A stretch of 64,000 nt of DNA from a virus. A program made the translations under genes and the position numbers. How positions within the stretch are numbered: the stretch's first letter is position 1; every line of letters starts with the position of its first letter. The stretch lies in IMG/VR virus record IMGVR_UViG_3300036770_005084, positions 91,232 to 155,231 of that record, one strand, 5' to 3'. Under the pieces are notes generated by a model. That model saw nothing but the letters and a program-made list of their open reading frames with translations. It was not told the DNA's origin and did not search any database. Of the stretch, positions 28,928 through 39,000 are shown piece after piece.

Positions 28928-29646
28928 TGCCATACGTTAATACAGTAGAAACAGAGTCTATTCAGGCAGGAAAGGTATTAAATATACCATTATCCACTGT
29001 TGAAATTTGGCCAAGTTTAGATCCACAACTTCCATTTTCACTTCAAAATATGGCAGTTGCCAATATGGTTGGAATGACAAATCAAATTGGAATTTATAAT
29101 GGATTTGGAGTTTGGGATCAGATGGGAGTATATAATGGATTAGGTCAAGGAACTGATGTTGGTGGGCATATTGATGGTCAACCATACTTAGATAGTTGTT
29201 CACCATCTATGGATCTTTCAACTGCTAATGGAAATCTTTGGGGGTTTTGGAAATATAATGGTGCAACTATTTGTGCACCTTGTCCATCAGACGTAAGATT
29301 AAAGAAAGATATATCTAAAATCGAAAATGCTTTAGATAAAGTTTTATCATTAAATGGTGTCACTTTTTCTTGGAATGAAGAAGTTGCTCCAACATTGTCA
29401 GAAAAATCTAACGGAGAAATTGGATTAATTGCACAAGAAGTTGAAGGTGTTTTGCCTCAATTAATAGAAAATATTCATATTAAAGATTCTATTGATCCTG
29501 TCAAATCTGTAAAATATGAAAATATTGTTGCACTTTTAATCGAAGCAGTTAGGGAACAGCAAGATCAAATTGAAGATTTGAAGAGGACAGTGAAGGAACT
29601 GTCCACTGAATGCCCAAAATGCCAAGGACTGTGCTATGATGTATAG
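28927..29646 (+). CDS. virion protein with a C-terminal intramolecular chaperone (peptidase S74)
   Basis: SDVRLKKDI, GLIAQEVE.VLP, V.Y..IVALLIEAV.E. Confidence 0.75.
   Translation: MPYVNTVETESIQAGKVLNIPLSTVEIWPSLDPQLPFSLQNMAVANMVGMTNQIGIYNGFGVWDQMGVYNGLGQGTDVGGHIDGQPYLDSCSPSMDLSTANGNLWGFWKYNGATICAPCPSDVRLKKDISKIENALDKVLSLNGVTFSWNEEVAPTLSEKSNGEIGLIAQEVEGVLPQLIENIHIKDSIDPVKSVKYENIVALLIEAVREQQDQIEDLKRTVKELSTECPKCQGLCYDV
29585..29640 (+). promoter_or_regulatory. 7-bp inverted repeat plus extended -10 element (early-type promoter)
   Basis: GGACAGT-N6-ACTGTCC 29585-29604; TGCTATGAT 29632-29640. Confidence 0.5.
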
Positions 29647-29655
29647 GTACTCCTC

Positions 29656-29832
29656 ATGACCACCATGCAAATTACTCGTGATCAACTGCAAAGTCTTCGT
29701 GAAATGAATGAAGACATTGCAGAGTATTTTATTGATCACAATTTCCCCATCAGTGGTGAAACGTATTGGACGTGCGTAGAATGTTTGGCACAGGCAAAAC
29801 TAGCCGAACTTCGTGGGGAACTTGTCTACTGA
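29656..29832 (+). CDS. small hypothetical protein (58 aa, not in ORF track)
   Basis: MTTMQITRDQLQSLREMNEDIAEYF...SGETYWTCVECLAQAKLAELRG; higher-GC codon usage. Confidence 0.65.
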   Translation: MTTMQITRDQLQSLREMNEDIAEYFIDHNFPISGETYWTCVECLAQAKLAELRGELVY

Positions 29833-29902
29833 TTTCAAAATTGACTTTTTATTTCAAAAAAGGTCGAAAAAAAATCCCGGCAAAAATTTGCTGTAGGGGT
29901 TT

Positions 29903-30637
29903 TTATAGAAATTCAGCATTTTCTGGGTTCTTTAAAAAGTTTAATATTTTTTCACTTTTTTGAATTTGTTTTTTAAGTTTCTTTCTAGTAAGTTTATAAG
30001 CATAATTTTGAAGTTCAATTTCAATTCTAAATTCCCTCAAATCATTTACTTTATTAATATACTTTTTTCGATCATTTTGCAATATTACGATTTGACCTTC
30101 TAAAGATGTAATAGAACTTGCAAATCCTGGGCATCCACATGGGAAAACGGCATAACAGGTTGCCGTATCATTGTAGTAAGATCCAATGGCAACTGGTTGT
30201 ACTTTTAAAATAGTTCCTATACCAGAATTGGATATTGCAAAAGAACCAGATATTGATTCAAAAGGATTTGGATCTTGATATTTAAATCCTTCATAGTTAA
30301 TATCATCTCTATATACTGTTGTTATTCCTGCTGTAGTCGTTCCACATCCAGCAGCAACAGATTCTGCTGCAATAACACTAAGTTGAATTTGTAAATTGTT
30401 GATTTGTGTATTAATTTCTATTATTTTTTTATCAATTTGTTTAATTGGATATTCATAATAATCTAAGGTTTCGTCTGGTCCATATATCGTTATTTCTTCC
30501 CTGTTTGTTAACCCAATTCCAGTCTTGGTGCTATATTTACTTTCTATAGTTTTTAACTGTTCTAATTGACTATTATCTAAGTCTATCTTTTGTTCGTAGA
30601 AATTTATAAGTGACTCTGTTTTTTCGTTTAATGACAT
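29903..30637 (-). CDS. hypothetical coiled-coil virion-associated protein
   Basis: 244 aa; minus-strand late promoter at about 30660-30666. Confidence 0.7.
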   Translation of the reverse strand: MSLNEKTESLINFYEQKIDLDNSQLEQLKTIESKYSTKTGIGLTNREEITIYGPDETLDYYEYPIKQIDKKIIEINTQINNLQIQLSVIAAESVAAGCGTTTAGITTVYRDDINYEGFKYQDPNPFESISGSFAISNSGIGTILKVQPVAIGSYYNDTATCYAVFPCGCPGFASSITSLEGQIVILQNDRKKYINKVNDLREFRIEIELQNYAYKLTRKKLKKQIQKSEKILNFLKNPENAEFL

Positions 30638-30655
30638 AATTTAAAGATAATAATA

Positions 30656-30679
30656 GTTTTATTTATTGATAAATAAAAC
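30656..30679. promoter_or_regulatory. back-to-back divergent late promoters
   Basis: perfect inverted repeat GTTTTATTTAT-tg-ATAAATAAAAC, one ATAAATA per strand. Confidence 0.6.
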
Positions 30680-30708
30680 AGAAGAAAAAATCTATAGGAT
30701 ATTCTAGA

Positions 30709-33700
30709 ATGGCTTTAGCGAGATTAGAAAATTTCCTTAAAAATTTAAGAGGAAATACTTTATATGTAGACCCTAATCAATTGGATGCATCAGATTCAAT
30801 TGAAAATAGAGGTAACTCTGCGTTAAGACCATTTAAGACCATTCAAAGAGCACTTTTAGAAGCAGTAAGATTTTCATACGTACAAGGAAATAATAACGAT
30901 CTTTTCGATCAAACCACTATTCTAATTTCTCCTGGAACTCACTATATTGATAATAGACCAGGGCATTATGTAAGTGGATCAATAATTAAAAACTATTCTG
31001 GTGGAAATTCTTCAATTCCAGAACTAGATTTGCAAAGTAATTTTAATATTACTGATTCCGATAACGTATTATATCCATATAACAGTGCCGAAGGTGGGGT
31101 AATAGTACCTAAAGGAGTTTCATTGGTAGCAACAGATCTTAGAAAAACTAAGATTAGACCATTATATGTTCCAGACCCAACTAATGATCTTATTCCAAGA
31201 TCTGCAATATTTAGAGTCACCGGAGGTTGTTATATATTTGGATTTTCCATTTTAGATGGAGATCCAAATGGAAATGTATATTATAATCCAGCAAGTGTAA
31301 CAAAAGTTGTTCCTAGTTATTCTCACCATAAACTAACTGCATTTGAGTATGCAGATGGAAAGAATAATCTGGTAAGAGTTGGAACAAATCTAGGTAAAAC
31401 AGACCTAGATATGTATTACTATAAAATATCTCTAGGATATGGAAATAGTGCTGGTGCTCCAGTAATTATTGATGGATATGATGATCTACAACTAAACATA
31501 GAAGAAACAAGAATAGTTGGAGATCTTGGTCGTGGATCTATAGTAATTGAAAACATTTATGCAGGTGATGGAGTTAATTCTTCAAACGTAATTACTGTAA
31601 AGACCGCATCTGACCATGGATTTTCCCCACTAACATCGATTTTAATTTCTGGGGTGGGATCAAATCTTCAGCAGCAAGCAGAGTATAATGGACCATTTAC
31701 AGTTGCTCAGGTTATTAGTTCTACTGAGTTCACATACAGATTGACAAATGATCCAGAATCATCTCTAAATCCTGGAATTGATAGTCTTTCCAATGTAAAA
31801 TCTGTATCAGACACAGTATCATCTGGTTCTCCATACGTATTTAATTGTAGTCTTAAATCTGTTTATGGCATGAATGGTCTTCATGCAGATGGTAATAAGG
31901 CAACTGGATTTAAGAGTATAGTTACTGCACAGTTTACAGGTATTTCATTACAAAAAGATGATAGGGCATTTGTAATTTATAATGATGCTTCTGGTTCATA
32001 TAATGATTTTACTTTTGCAGGTGAAAATACATTTCTACATCAAAATTCTAGATCAATTTATAATCCAGAGTGGGAAAGTTTTCATATAAAAGCATCAAAT
32101 GATGCGTTTATTCAGTGTGTTTCAATTTTTGCCATTGGATATGCAAAGCAGTTTATTGCTGATGATGGTGGAGACCAAAGCATTACTAACTCAAACAGTA
32201 ATTTCGGTGCTATAGCACTTTCCTCTAGAGGATTTAAGGATTATGAGTTAGCAAAAGATAATCATGGTTTTATTACTCATATTATTCCTCCAAAAGAAAT
32301 TAGTGAAGAAGAAATTATTGTAAGATGTTTACCAATAGATGTAGAATCAACTACAACAAGGGGATTAAGTAATAATTATACAAGGATTTATTTAGATGGA
32401 TATGATAATGCATTAGATCCACCAAAAACATCTTTCCGTGGATATAAATTGGGTGGGAAATTAAATGACACTATAAATTATACTAATGATGGTGTTGTTT
32501 ATAGTGCTATAGTATCACCAAATTATAAAACTGAAGTAACTGTAACCAATATAACATCAAGTGTTTTTACAATAGATACACCACTTACAATAGGGTCAGT
32601 TACTGGCATTAATACTTCTCAAGCAGTTAGAATTATTTCAAATGATGGACTATTGCCAGATGGGTTAGAGCATCATAGACTTTATTATATTAATGGAGAG
32701 ACTAATCTAACAACCACTACATTTACTTTATCTGAAAATATATTTAATAGTACTGTTAGTGATTCTATTGTAGAAATTAAAAATCAAATAGGAGCAACTT
32801 CTAATAATTTAAAACTTGTAAGTAAAGTATCTGATAGATCTGCCGGACAACCAGCATCACCAGTTCAATATGACACAATAAATGGTCAATGGTATGTTCA
32901 AATTATATCAAATGCGGCATTTATTAGTGCTATGAATGGAATAGGTGCGATTACATTTTATATTGAAAGAGCACTAGATTCTAGAGAAATTAAAGACAAA
33001 ATTTATAAAGCAAGATATGTAATACCTAAGGAATCTATTGGAGCATCTGCACCATCAATTGGATTTATTCTTCAAAATTCTACAAGTGGTATAAGTTCTG
33101 CGTTAACATTGCCATCTTCTTCTATTTCTGATATAGATGAAACTAGAAATTCAAATCAAATTATAGATGCCTGGGCATCGTATAGTCCAGGATTTACCAG
33201 TTATGCATATGTAAGAACTAAATATCCACACAAATTATTTCCAGGATGTAAGGTAAACATATATGATCTCAAGAGTTCTAATGAACCAAACCCAGTAGGT
33301 TTAGGGACTGGAACTGGATTTAACGGTTCATTTATTGTCGATCTTGTTCCAAATGATGTTGTTTTCAGATATCAAATTCTTGCAAATCCTGGAAATATAA
33401 CTACAATTGATGATACTGCTATAACTACTTGGTTAATTTCAAATGATTGTAATGAGGCAACATTTAGGGTTCCTCCATATACAGTTTCTGAAGATACTAA
33501 TGTTAGATCAAATCTTCCATATTTTACATGTGAAAAGGTATTTAATGATTATCAAATATATGGAGTAGATACAATTCAAGAGTATAATTATGGAGTTTCA
33601 GATGGTGTCTATCATTTAACTTTAAATGCATTTAAAAATAGACCCAGTGTATTTCCATTCAATATAGAGGACTTAAAATTATCCCAAAGCATTGAAAATT

Positions 33701-35994
33701 TATATCCTACAGCAGATAAAGACAATGTAGTTTCTGATCCACTACCAACAAAATCAGTTGCGTCCAGAAAAATTATCGGAAAGGTAGATATTAATGATTT
33801 GGAGAAAAGTGTAACTAAAGAAACATTCTCCGAATTTATTAAGGATTTTGGTATTGGTAAAAGAGTAAATTCTATTACATTTAATAGTGGTACTGGAACT
33901 TGTACATTAACAACTTTATATAATCATGGTCTTGGTGGAATAAGAACCTTATCGGTTACAACTGCAGGATCTGGTTTTGTTAATGGTACTTGGTATGATA
34001 TTCCTCTTTGTGGTGGATCTGGTGAAAATGCAACCGCAGTAGTCACTGTAACATCGGGAGTAGTGTCAGATGTTCAAATTTCAAATCCAGGATCAGGATA
34101 TTCTGTTGGAAATTCATTAACTATAAGAGGAATACCACATTCCTCAACAAGTGCAGCATCTGCCAATGTTTCTGTAAACGCTATTTTAAATAATACTTTA
34201 GACTCTATACAAATAATTGGATCTACTAATCCAGATAATGACGGGTTCTTCCCAATAACTAGCATCACTAAAGATACAATTGTATATACCAACTCACTTG
34301 GAGTCACAGAATCCAATTCAAATGCCTCTGTAATTATATCTGGATCTAGAAATACTGTCTCTTCGGTTTCAGGAACTACCGATACTGAAATTACTTCATC
34401 CTCCCGTCATTCATTGACTGCAGGAAATAAAGTATATTTTGAATCAACTAATCAAACATTTGATGTACTTTCAGTAGTATCTCCAACAAAATTCAAAGTT
34501 TCTGGTAATGCATCAAGTACAAATTCTAGTAATTTTTACCAGATTGCATTAGCACCATCATTTAGATCTTCAGATCAAACCTTAGAAAATGTATCAGGAA
34601 GGCATTATCCACTTCTTGGAGATTATAATTATAGAACTTCGAATAATTCTGTTGGTGAGATGACACTTACATCATCAAGTGTAAATATTAGCAACACATC
34701 CGGATTGAAGAAGGGTGATTATGTTCAAATTGATGATGAAATACTTTTAATCACTTTAGTAAGTGGTTCTGCAATTAATGTAAAGAGAGGATTATTCAAT
34801 ACTGCAATTACAACTCATACTAGAAATACATTAGTTAAATTACTAAGATCTATTCCAGTAGAGTTGAGAAGAAACTCAATCTTACGTGCATCTGGACATA
34901 CTTTTGAGTATACTGGATTTGGTCCTGGAAACTACTCTACTGGTATGCCAACAAACCAAGATAGAGTTCTTTCAACAGATGAGACTTTAATATCACAAGC
35001 ACTATCAACAAGAGGTGGTACAGTATTATATACAGGAATGAATAGTGACGGTGAATTCTTTATTGGAAAGAAAAAGATAAATGCTTTAACTGGAGATGAA
35101 GAATTTGTAGGAATACCAGAAGGTGTATCTGGAGATCAAACTACTTTTGATGATCTTACTGTAAGTAATCTGACAGTTTTAGTATCATTAAATGCTGTTA
35201 GTGCTGAAACAACATTAGGTGAGACAATAATTACAGAAAACCTGGAAGTTCTTGGAGATGCTGGAACAACTAATTTATTTGCTTCTGGAATTGTTACCGC
35301 AACTTCCGTTATAGCAAACGATTTAACAGTTATTACTGATGCTGATATTCAAGGGTCATTGAATGTAGATTTAAACTTAACAGTTTCAGGTCATACTGAT
35401 TTAGACAATGTTACTGCAGGAATTGTTACTGCGACTGAATTCATTGGTCGTGGAATTACACCAAAAGGAGGAATTATTCTTTGGAGTGGATCTACCTCAT
35501 CAGCAGAAGCATTACAACCAAATTGGGCATTATGTGATGGAAGAACTGTAAATGGGGTAACAACTCCAAATCTCACAAATAAATTTGTTATTGTTGCTGG
35601 ATCAAGTTATCCGGTCGGATCTACTGGTGGTTCTGCAACAGTGTCATTGAATAAAGATAATCTTCCAGCACATAATCATGGTGGTGGTGGAACTTCAACT
35701 TTTACTACTGTTGAAAACGGTACTCATAGTCATGGTATTACTGATCCCGGACATAGACATGGATATGATAAGTTGACAGATAAACATGATGCAGGTGGTG
35801 ATACTGATGAGGTTTGGAGAAACTCTGAGGAAAAAAATACAACCAATCAAACTACTGGAATTTCAATTAATGAAGGTGGTGCCCATACTCATGATGTTAC
35901 AGTATCATATACAATTAACACTGAAGGATCAGGAATTGCCCACGACAACATGCCACCATACTATGCACTTGCCTATATTATGAGAACTGCATAA
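30709..35994 (+). CDS. large tail fibre/structural protein (pectin-lyase-like beta-helix, tail-collar domain, HxH tip)
   Basis: LYVDP...PFKTIQRA; PKGGIILWSG...WALCDG...TPNL; HNH/HSH/HRH/HTH; PPYYALAYIM. Confidence 0.8.
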   Translation: MALARLENFLKNLRGNTLYVDPNQLDASDSIENRGNSALRPFKTIQRALLEAVRFSYVQGNNNDLFDQTTILISPGTHYIDNRPGHYVSGSIIKNYSGGNSSIPELDLQSNFNITDSDNVLYPYNSAEGGVIVPKGVSLVATDLRKTKIRPLYVPDPTNDLIPRSAIFRVTGGCYIFGFSILDGDPNGNVYYNPASVTKVVPSYSHHKLTAFEYADGKNNLVRVGTNLGKTDLDMYYYKISLGYGNSAGAPVIIDGYDDLQLNIEETRIVGDLGRGSIVIENIYAGDGVNSSNVITVKTASDHGFSPLTSILISGVGSNLQQQAEYNGPFTVAQVISSTEFTYRLTNDPESSLNPGIDSLSNVKSVSDTVSSGSPYVFNCSLKSVYGMNGLHADGNKATGFKSIVTAQFTGISLQKDDRAFVIYNDASGSYNDFTFAGENTFLHQNSRSIYNPEWESFHIKASNDAFIQCVSIFAIGYAKQFIADDGGDQSITNSNSNFGAIALSSRGFKDYELAKDNHGFITHIIPPKEISEEEIIVRCLPIDVESTTTRGLSNNYTRIYLDGYDNALDPPKTSFRGYKLGGKLNDTINYTNDGVVYSAIVSPNYKTEVTVTNITSSVFTIDTPLTIGSVTGINTSQAVRIISNDGLLPDGLEHHRLYYINGETNLTTTTFTLSENIFNSTVSDSIVEIKNQIGATSNNLKLVSKVSDRSAGQPASPVQYDTINGQWYVQIISNAAFISAMNGIGAITFYIERALDSREIKDKIYKARYVIPKESIGASAPSIGFILQNSTSGISSALTLPSSSISDIDETRNSNQIIDAWASYSPGFTSYAYVRTKYPHKLFPGCKVNIYDLKSSNEPNPVGLGTGTGFNGSFIVDLVPNDVVFRYQILANPGNITTIDDTAITTWLISNDCNEATFRVPPYTVSEDTNVRSNLPYFTCEKVFNDYQIYGVDTIQEYNYGVSDGVYHLTLNAFKNRPSVFPFNIEDLKLSQSIENLYPTADKDNVVSDPLPTKSVASRKIIGKVDINDLEKSVTKETFSEFIKDFGIGKRVNSITFNSGTGTCTLTTLYNHGLGGIRTLSVTTAGSGFVNGTWYDIPLCGGSGENATAVVTVTSGVVSDVQISNPGSGYSVGNSLTIRGIPHSSTSAASANVSVNAILNNTLDSIQIIGSTNPDNDGFFPITSITKDTIVYTNSLGVTESNSNASVIISGSRNTVSSVSGTTDTEITSSSRHSLTAGNKVYFESTNQTFDVLSVVSPTKFKVSGNASSTNSSNFYQIALAPSFRSSDQTLENVSGRHYPLLGDYNYRTSNNSVGEMTLTSSSVNISNTSGLKKGDYVQIDDEILLITLVSGSAINVKRGLFNTAITTHTRNTLVKLLRSIPVELRRNSILRASGHTFEYTGFGPGNYSTGMPTNQDRVLSTDETLISQALSTRGGTVLYTGMNSDGEFFIGKKKINALTGDEEFVGIPEGVSGDQTTFDDLTVSNLTVLVSLNAVSAETTLGETIITENLEVLGDAGTTNLFASGIVTATSVIANDLTVITDADIQGSLNVDLNLTVSGHTDLDNVTAGIVTATEFIGRGITPKGGIILWSGSTSSAEALQPNWALCDGRTVNGVTTPNLTNKFVIVAGSSYPVGSTGGSATVSLNKDNLPAHNHGGGGTSTFTTVENGTHSHGITDPGHRHGYDKLTDKHDAGGDTDEVWRNSEEKNTTNQTTGISINEGGAHTHDVTVSYTINTEGSGIAHDNMPPYYALAYIMRTA

Positions 35995-36005
35995 ATAAGT
36001 TTATA

Positions 36006-36028
36006 AACAGGGGGATAGTGGAACCCAA
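36006..36028 (+). repeat. 23-nt leader element, copy 1
   Basis: AACAGGGGGATAGTGGAACCCAA, identical to 40877-40899. Confidence 0.85.
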
Positions 36029-39000
36029 TGGCTTCACAAGATACTTTTTTCAAAGTTAAAACTGGTTTAGGTGTAGGTACAAATACTTTATATGCTGACG
36101 CACAAACTCAAAGAGTTAGTATTGGTGATACAGTAGGTTTATATACCCTTGATGTTTATGGAGATTCTTATTATAATGATAATTTATATGTAGATAATAG
36201 GGTTGGTGTTGGAACTACTGTTCCACATCAACAATTAGATGTTAGGGGTGTAGGTATATTTTCTGGTGTTGGAGTAGGAGTAACTGAACCTAAGCAAAGA
36301 TTTCAAGTAAATGGGCAAGATCCATTTAACCCAGGAGACAGACCAGTAGTAATTACTGGATTTGGTTCATTAGGAATAAACCGATTAAATCCAGTACATC
36401 CATTTGATTTTGTAGGTTATGGAAATAGTGATTCAGTTGTTATTACTGGTCTTGCCTCTGTCGGAATTAGAACTTATAGTCCATTACATCCAGTCCACAT
36501 CGTTGGAATTTCAACAGATGATACTACAGATGTAGTTATAGATTTATCTGGATATGTTGGAATCAATACTTTATTTCCACAATTTGGATTAGATGTATTC
36601 AATAGAGATGTAAGAATATTAGGTTTTGCTACAATTACTAGAGAATCTGTAGGAATATCTACAATTGGAGTTGCATATATTGGTATTGCTTCAATTGGAT
36701 TTGAGAATGTAGGAGTATCAACTATTGGTATTGCTTCAATTGGGTTTGAAAATGTAGGTGTTTCTACAATTGGTATTGCTACTATTGGATTTGAAAACGT
36801 AGGAGTATCAACTATTGGTATTGCCACGATATCTTTTGAAAACGTAGGTGTATCAACTATTGGTATTGCTACTATTGGATTTGAAAACGTAGGAGTATCA
36901 ACTATTGGTATTGCTACTATTGGATTTGAAAACGTAGGGTTTTCTACAATTGGCATTGCCAGCATCAGATTTGAAACTGTTGGTGTATCCACTATTGGTA
37001 TTGCTACTATAAGATTTGAAAATGTAGGTGTTTCTACAATTGGCATTGCCAGTATCAGATTCGAAAATGTAGGTGTATCAACTATTGGTATTGCCAGTAT
37101 CAGATTTGAAGAAGTTGGTGTATCAACTATTGGTATTGCTACTATTGGATTCGAAAACGTAGGAGTATCAACTATTGGTATTGCTACTATTGGATTCGAA
37201 AACGTAGGAGTATCAACTATTGGTATTGCTACTATTGGATTCGAAAACGTAGGAGTATCAACTATTGGTATTGCTACTATTGGATTTGAAAACGTAGGAG
37301 TATCAACTATTGGTATTGCTACTATTGGATTTGAAAACGTAGGAGTATCAACTATTGGTATTGCTACTATTGGATTTGAAAACGTAGGGTTTTCTACAAT
37401 TGGTATTGCTACTATTGGATTCGAAAACGTAGGAGTATCAACTATTGGTATTGCCACAATATCTTTTGAAAACGTAGGAGTATCAACTATTGGTATTGCT
37501 ACTATTGGATCAGAAACTGTAATTGATTCTGAAATTGAAAGATTACTTGTAACAGGAATAACTACAACTGCAAAATTAGATGTTGGTATTGGTGCAACTC
37601 TAATTAGAGCAAGAGGATTTGGAATAACTACAGTAAGAGATCTTGATGGGGAATTTGTAAAAGAAATAAATCCAATTGTTGGTATTGCAACAACAGAACC
37701 AACTAGAACTTTAGATATTGCCGGAGATCTGAGAGTTCGTGGTGAAGTAATTGATTCAAACAATAATGTAGGATTTGCATACTCTGTACTTGCATCTGGT
37801 GGGTCTCCAGGAATATCTGGAAGATTTTTTGATGCTGCAAACTTACTATTAAGAAACAAAGAGTTTATCTCTGAAGAAATCGTAGGACTCATCACAAGTG
37901 CGAATGGACCATTTGGTGTATATGGTCCAAACTTTGATTATGGTCCAGTTGGTGTTCAAACTGGACGAGAAAAATGTAAGAGAGACATTGGATTTATAAT
38001 AGATGCAGTTGCATTTGATATTACGAAGGGTGGAAATTCCAAATCTGTAGGTGCTGGAGTCTCATATTCACTAGGAAATTATCTCGAAAGTAGTGTTCCT
38101 CCACCAACTGGACTGGATGGATATCTAGGTGGATACGTAAAGTTTGCTACAATTGTTGGAATTAATTCAATTGCACATTTAGCAAGACATATTGTAAATA
38201 ATTCCCCAATTCCAAATTCATATCAGAATAATGTTACTCAATTAATTGATCCTGAAATTCTTGCTGATGGAGATTCAAATACTGATCCAAATGGATGTGC
38301 TAATGTAGTTTCTGCAATTTATAGTGCTGTTGGCATTGTTACTACTATTATTAATAATGGAAGTATAAACGGAACAGGAATTACAACTAACTTCCCATCA
38401 GGAAAACTTGAATGGCAACCACCAGGACCTAGAATTGGAAATGAATGGTTTGTAAATAAACTTGGTGATGATAGAAATAATGGAACTGGTCCAGGAGATG
38501 CTTTCTTAACTATTAAGAGAGCAGCAGAAGTTGCAGAACCAGGTGATACAATTAAAGTATTTGCCGGATTATATGTTGAAGATGGTCCAATATCACTAAA
38601 TGAAAGAGTTGCAGTTATTGGAGAAGATCTAAGAAGAACTCTTGTTACAACTAAAGATTTAACTGATTTATTCTATGTAAAGAGGGGTTGTTATATTGCA
38701 CAAATGTCTTTTGTTGGACCTAGCAGTCCGGGAAGGGCAATGGTTTCTTTCCCAACTGTTGGATATGGATATGCTGATGGTACTGATGAAAATTGGCAAT
38801 CCCCATATGTACAAAACTGTACCAATTTTGTACCAGATAGCATTGGAATGAGGATTGATGGAAACCGTGCTGGTGGGTTTAAGAGTATGGTTCTTGATGC
38901 TTATACCCAATATAATCAAGGTGGAATTGGAGTATCAATTACCAACTTTGGATATGCTCAGTTAGTATCTTTATTTACAATTTGTTGTGATACTGCTGTA

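Noticed and set aside
29766-29963. 65-aa ORF from the track
   Set aside because: TTG start, overlaps the better 29656..29832 ORF and runs through a terminator-like A/T region into the opposite-strand gene
36474-37895. 473-aa antisense ORF
   Set aside because: It is the mirror of the 45-nt tandem repeat; the stop-free frame follows from the repeated codons
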